64,000 nt of DNA from the human T2T-CHM13v2.0 reference genome, Homo sapiens: the NCBI RefSeq assembly GCF_009914755.1, contig NC_060926.1. The stretch is one strand, 5' to 3'. A model generated the notes under the pieces. The model was not told the origin of the DNA, searched no databases, and saw only the letters and a program-made list of their open reading frames with translations. Below, one piece after another: positions 61,125 to 64,000 of the stretch (positions within the stretch are counted from its first letter, which is position 1; each line of letters begins with the position of its first letter). A program made the translations under genes and the position numbers.

Positions 61125-64000
61125 CAGAGGACTCTGTCTTAAGGGAAGAATCTTCTAGATTAATGATACAGAACAAATAAGAAATAACTTTGCATGATGT
61201 TTTTTCAAGTGATGATTAGAAAAGCTCTTCCCACACAGTCTCCCTGGTCATGTGGAATCAGGTCCTGTCAGGGCTTCCAGGTTCTCGTCAACTCTGAGTG
61301 AGACGTGAGTCTCCCCCAGCCTGGATGTGGTGCAGCCACAGCCACGAGTCCACAGATCCAAAGGAAATTCTCTGTGTATAAAGAGCAAGAACTGCATTCA
61401 CAGTTTTACATCTCTGGGTAACCTGTACTTGTAACTGATATTTTCTTGACTTTATGTAAAAATGCTCACAGCTTAGGGATGTGAACCTACCATACAACTG
61501 ATCATTAAACAGAAAAACAACCACACTGTTCTTTATTTGTCATCGATGTGCTTAACATTCCATTGAACAGCTCCTGAATAATGGTGCCAACAATAAATAG
61601 TTTCACAAGGACAGTCACATTTCTGAAAAAAAAATAATAATCCAGTAACAATGAAGGACTAGCTTGTAGTGTGATGTAAGCTTGGGTAATTTAACACAAA
61701 GCCATACTTAATTGCCCAAGAACACAAATAAATGCCATTGTAGGTAAGACTGCAAAGAAAGCTTGATCTGAATATCTTCTGGGGAATCTACCAAAATATC
61801 ATTTTTTAATAAGATCGGAAAACATACTTGATTAAAAATGATATTGACCTTCAAATGTTGAACTCCATGACAATAATATGGGCTGATGATATTAAACAGT
61901 AGCTACGAGGAGGTATTGAAATAAAAGTCTCATATTTCACTGTTAAAATTTTATTTATTCTTTTCTCTTATTACATGTTGCAAATTTTGGGTACCCGACT
62001 TTTTTTCTGATGATGTCAGCAAATTCTGATCTGCTTCTTAGTGTTGAAAAGGTCAGACTCTTAACCATGGTAGTGAAAAAAAGTCAGAAACATCTGAAGC
62101 TGAAGGAATGGAAGAAGGAGACATAAACAGCCTAACTAAAATAGAACAAAATGGTCCATTTTATTGTTAGTTTTAAATAATTATTCTGAAAGGGTGTTAA
62201 ATCAATAATCAGTTTTATCCATTATCTAATGCAAAGATTTGAATTGCAGGAAAGTGATTAACAGTAAAAAAAATTGCCCTGTTTTCTTTTACTGTAAGCC
62301 AATTCTTGAAAATGTTATTTTCACAAAGTATTTAGATTGCTTGAATTTAGGAGAGCATTGCTGTTTTCTATGAGAATGAATGAACCATTAAAAAGACTAC
62401 CCCTGGGATTTTTAACAAAAATCTCATGATTTGTCGCCTTACATATCTGGAAAATGTAAAAACTTGGACAAATCCTTTTTTAGTCAGAAAAAGCCTTTGA
62501 AATTACCCGATTTAAACTGTAGACTTAAAGAACACTATTACTAATTCTAACCAGAATCCTCCCTCTCTTATCTGTTGATGCATCCTACCAGGGCTTTCAC
62601 AGCAGCAGACAAAGCTGGTCACTCTACAGTGGACACAGACAAGATGGAAGAGCAACCTACATTTGAACCAGGGTGGGAGCAGGCCTCTATGTGTCTCTCA
62701 TCTGAATCATGGTCATCTGAATGAGGGAGGATTTCTACAGGCAGGGTTTAGTGTGGCTGTGTCTCCTTTTCCTGATTGGTTAGTTTGGGATCCATGTAAT
62801 TGAAAAGAACTGTATTACTCATATGACTTGAGAAGAGAGTCTTGGAAGTGGAATTGTTTGTGTTCATTACCGGGAATCAGTGTTTATGGGGTGGACACTG
62901 TGATCCTGTTTGTAGGGGGGTTGAGGGATTTGTTGGCTGACCAAGGAAAAACAGATGACCACAGACGGCAGTAGCACATGTGACCTAGTCTATTGGGTGA
63001 AGCTTTGACAGGTTTACAGCAAGAAGTCCCTCACAGCAGGTGGTAGTCCAGAGAATCAGGTGCCAGGGTTGTTTCTCAAAATGTGCAGGACACTGTAGAA
63101 GGGATATGCATTTAGGGGATGCCACACAGCAGCACAGTGGGGAGTTTCTGTGTCAGAGAGCTACAGAGACCAGTATTAAGTTTAAGGTTTTCATAAACCG
63201 GGGCTTGTCTTACCTACTGCTAGCAGATGTGGGTCAGGCTTTCTGGATATGTAGATTAAGTATTTTCTAAAAGGTTAAAACTATTCTTATTTTTGTGGTT
63301 TTTAAAACAATTACGTTTTAAAATTTGAGTTTGGCACAGGCCATTGAGAAATAAGCCCACAGTTTTGAAATAAACAACATAGCATTCTCATTTATAGATC
63401 CCTGTTGCACATCGTGTAGACTTTGTTCTACAGACTGTATTAGTCCAGACAGTGCAAACCCACACTGTTATGGATGAGGCTGAGACACACAGAGGCCTGT
63501 TCCCTACCTGAGCATCAATGAACCTTCTTTAAATTAAAGGTGAGAGTTTGTCCTTAGATGAGAATTAAGACCAAGTCACCCACAAATGGAGCTTCCATCT
63601 GTGAAGCTACAGGTCCTGTGAATGGATTCCTGGCTCCCAGGCACCTGGGAATGAAGCCGTCTGCGTTGTCTCACTAACTGAAATTGTCCCTCGCTGGAAC
63701 AGAGATTCATGGATAAATATTCTGGAACACAGGGAGAGAGCACAGGGAATGTAGGCTCCTTGAATGTGTGTCTTCTGCTTCTGAGAATCTCTCTCTCCAA
63801 ACATTGAAAGAAACAGCATTGTTTCCATATCAGACTTTTCTGAATCTTCGGACCCTGTTCTAGATCTGTCTCATCTGAACCTGTTTCCAAATGTTTCAAT
63901 TCTGGTCTCTACTTTTTCTTGGAAAAGGTTTTCAGAAATCCTATGAAACTATCCACACAGCTGTGGGATTAAGTGGTGGGCTTCTCCTCTGTGCTTGTTA

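Overview
This is human (or closely related great-ape) DNA from the immunoglobulin kappa (IGK) V-gene cluster. It has no ordinary protein-coding genes, and most ORFs in the supplied track are noise or Alu/L1-derived. Seven recognisable germline V segments lie on the minus strand in the order IGKV3-34(P), 1-35(P), 2-36(P), 1-37(ORF), 2-38(P), 1-39(F), 2-40(F). The proximal cluster fits this orientation, but the near-identical distal copies (IGKV3D-34 to 2D-40) on a reversed contig cannot be excluded. Reading between these genes shows eight more, heavily decayed V-kappa remnants from two families outside that named set. Family A has four copies with leader, intron, V exon and RSS remnant; three are on the plus strand, head-to-head with each V-kappa-1 gene, and one indel-free copy is on the minus strand at 9.5-10 kb. 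Family B has four leaders, two of which keep a V exon, and all carry the same MLT1 LTR in the promoter. The window resolves into a repeated cassette [relic B - Vk2/3 - Vk1 - relic A] plus an old internal inversion. I also found an Alu-L1 chimera under one target-site duplication (TSD), a templated 431-bp insertion inside an L1, a perfect 137-bp tandem duplication and several fold-back palindromes. I do not see a new functional biological system. The relic V families are the most interesting signal and may overlap relics reported in earlier IGK locus sequencing work.
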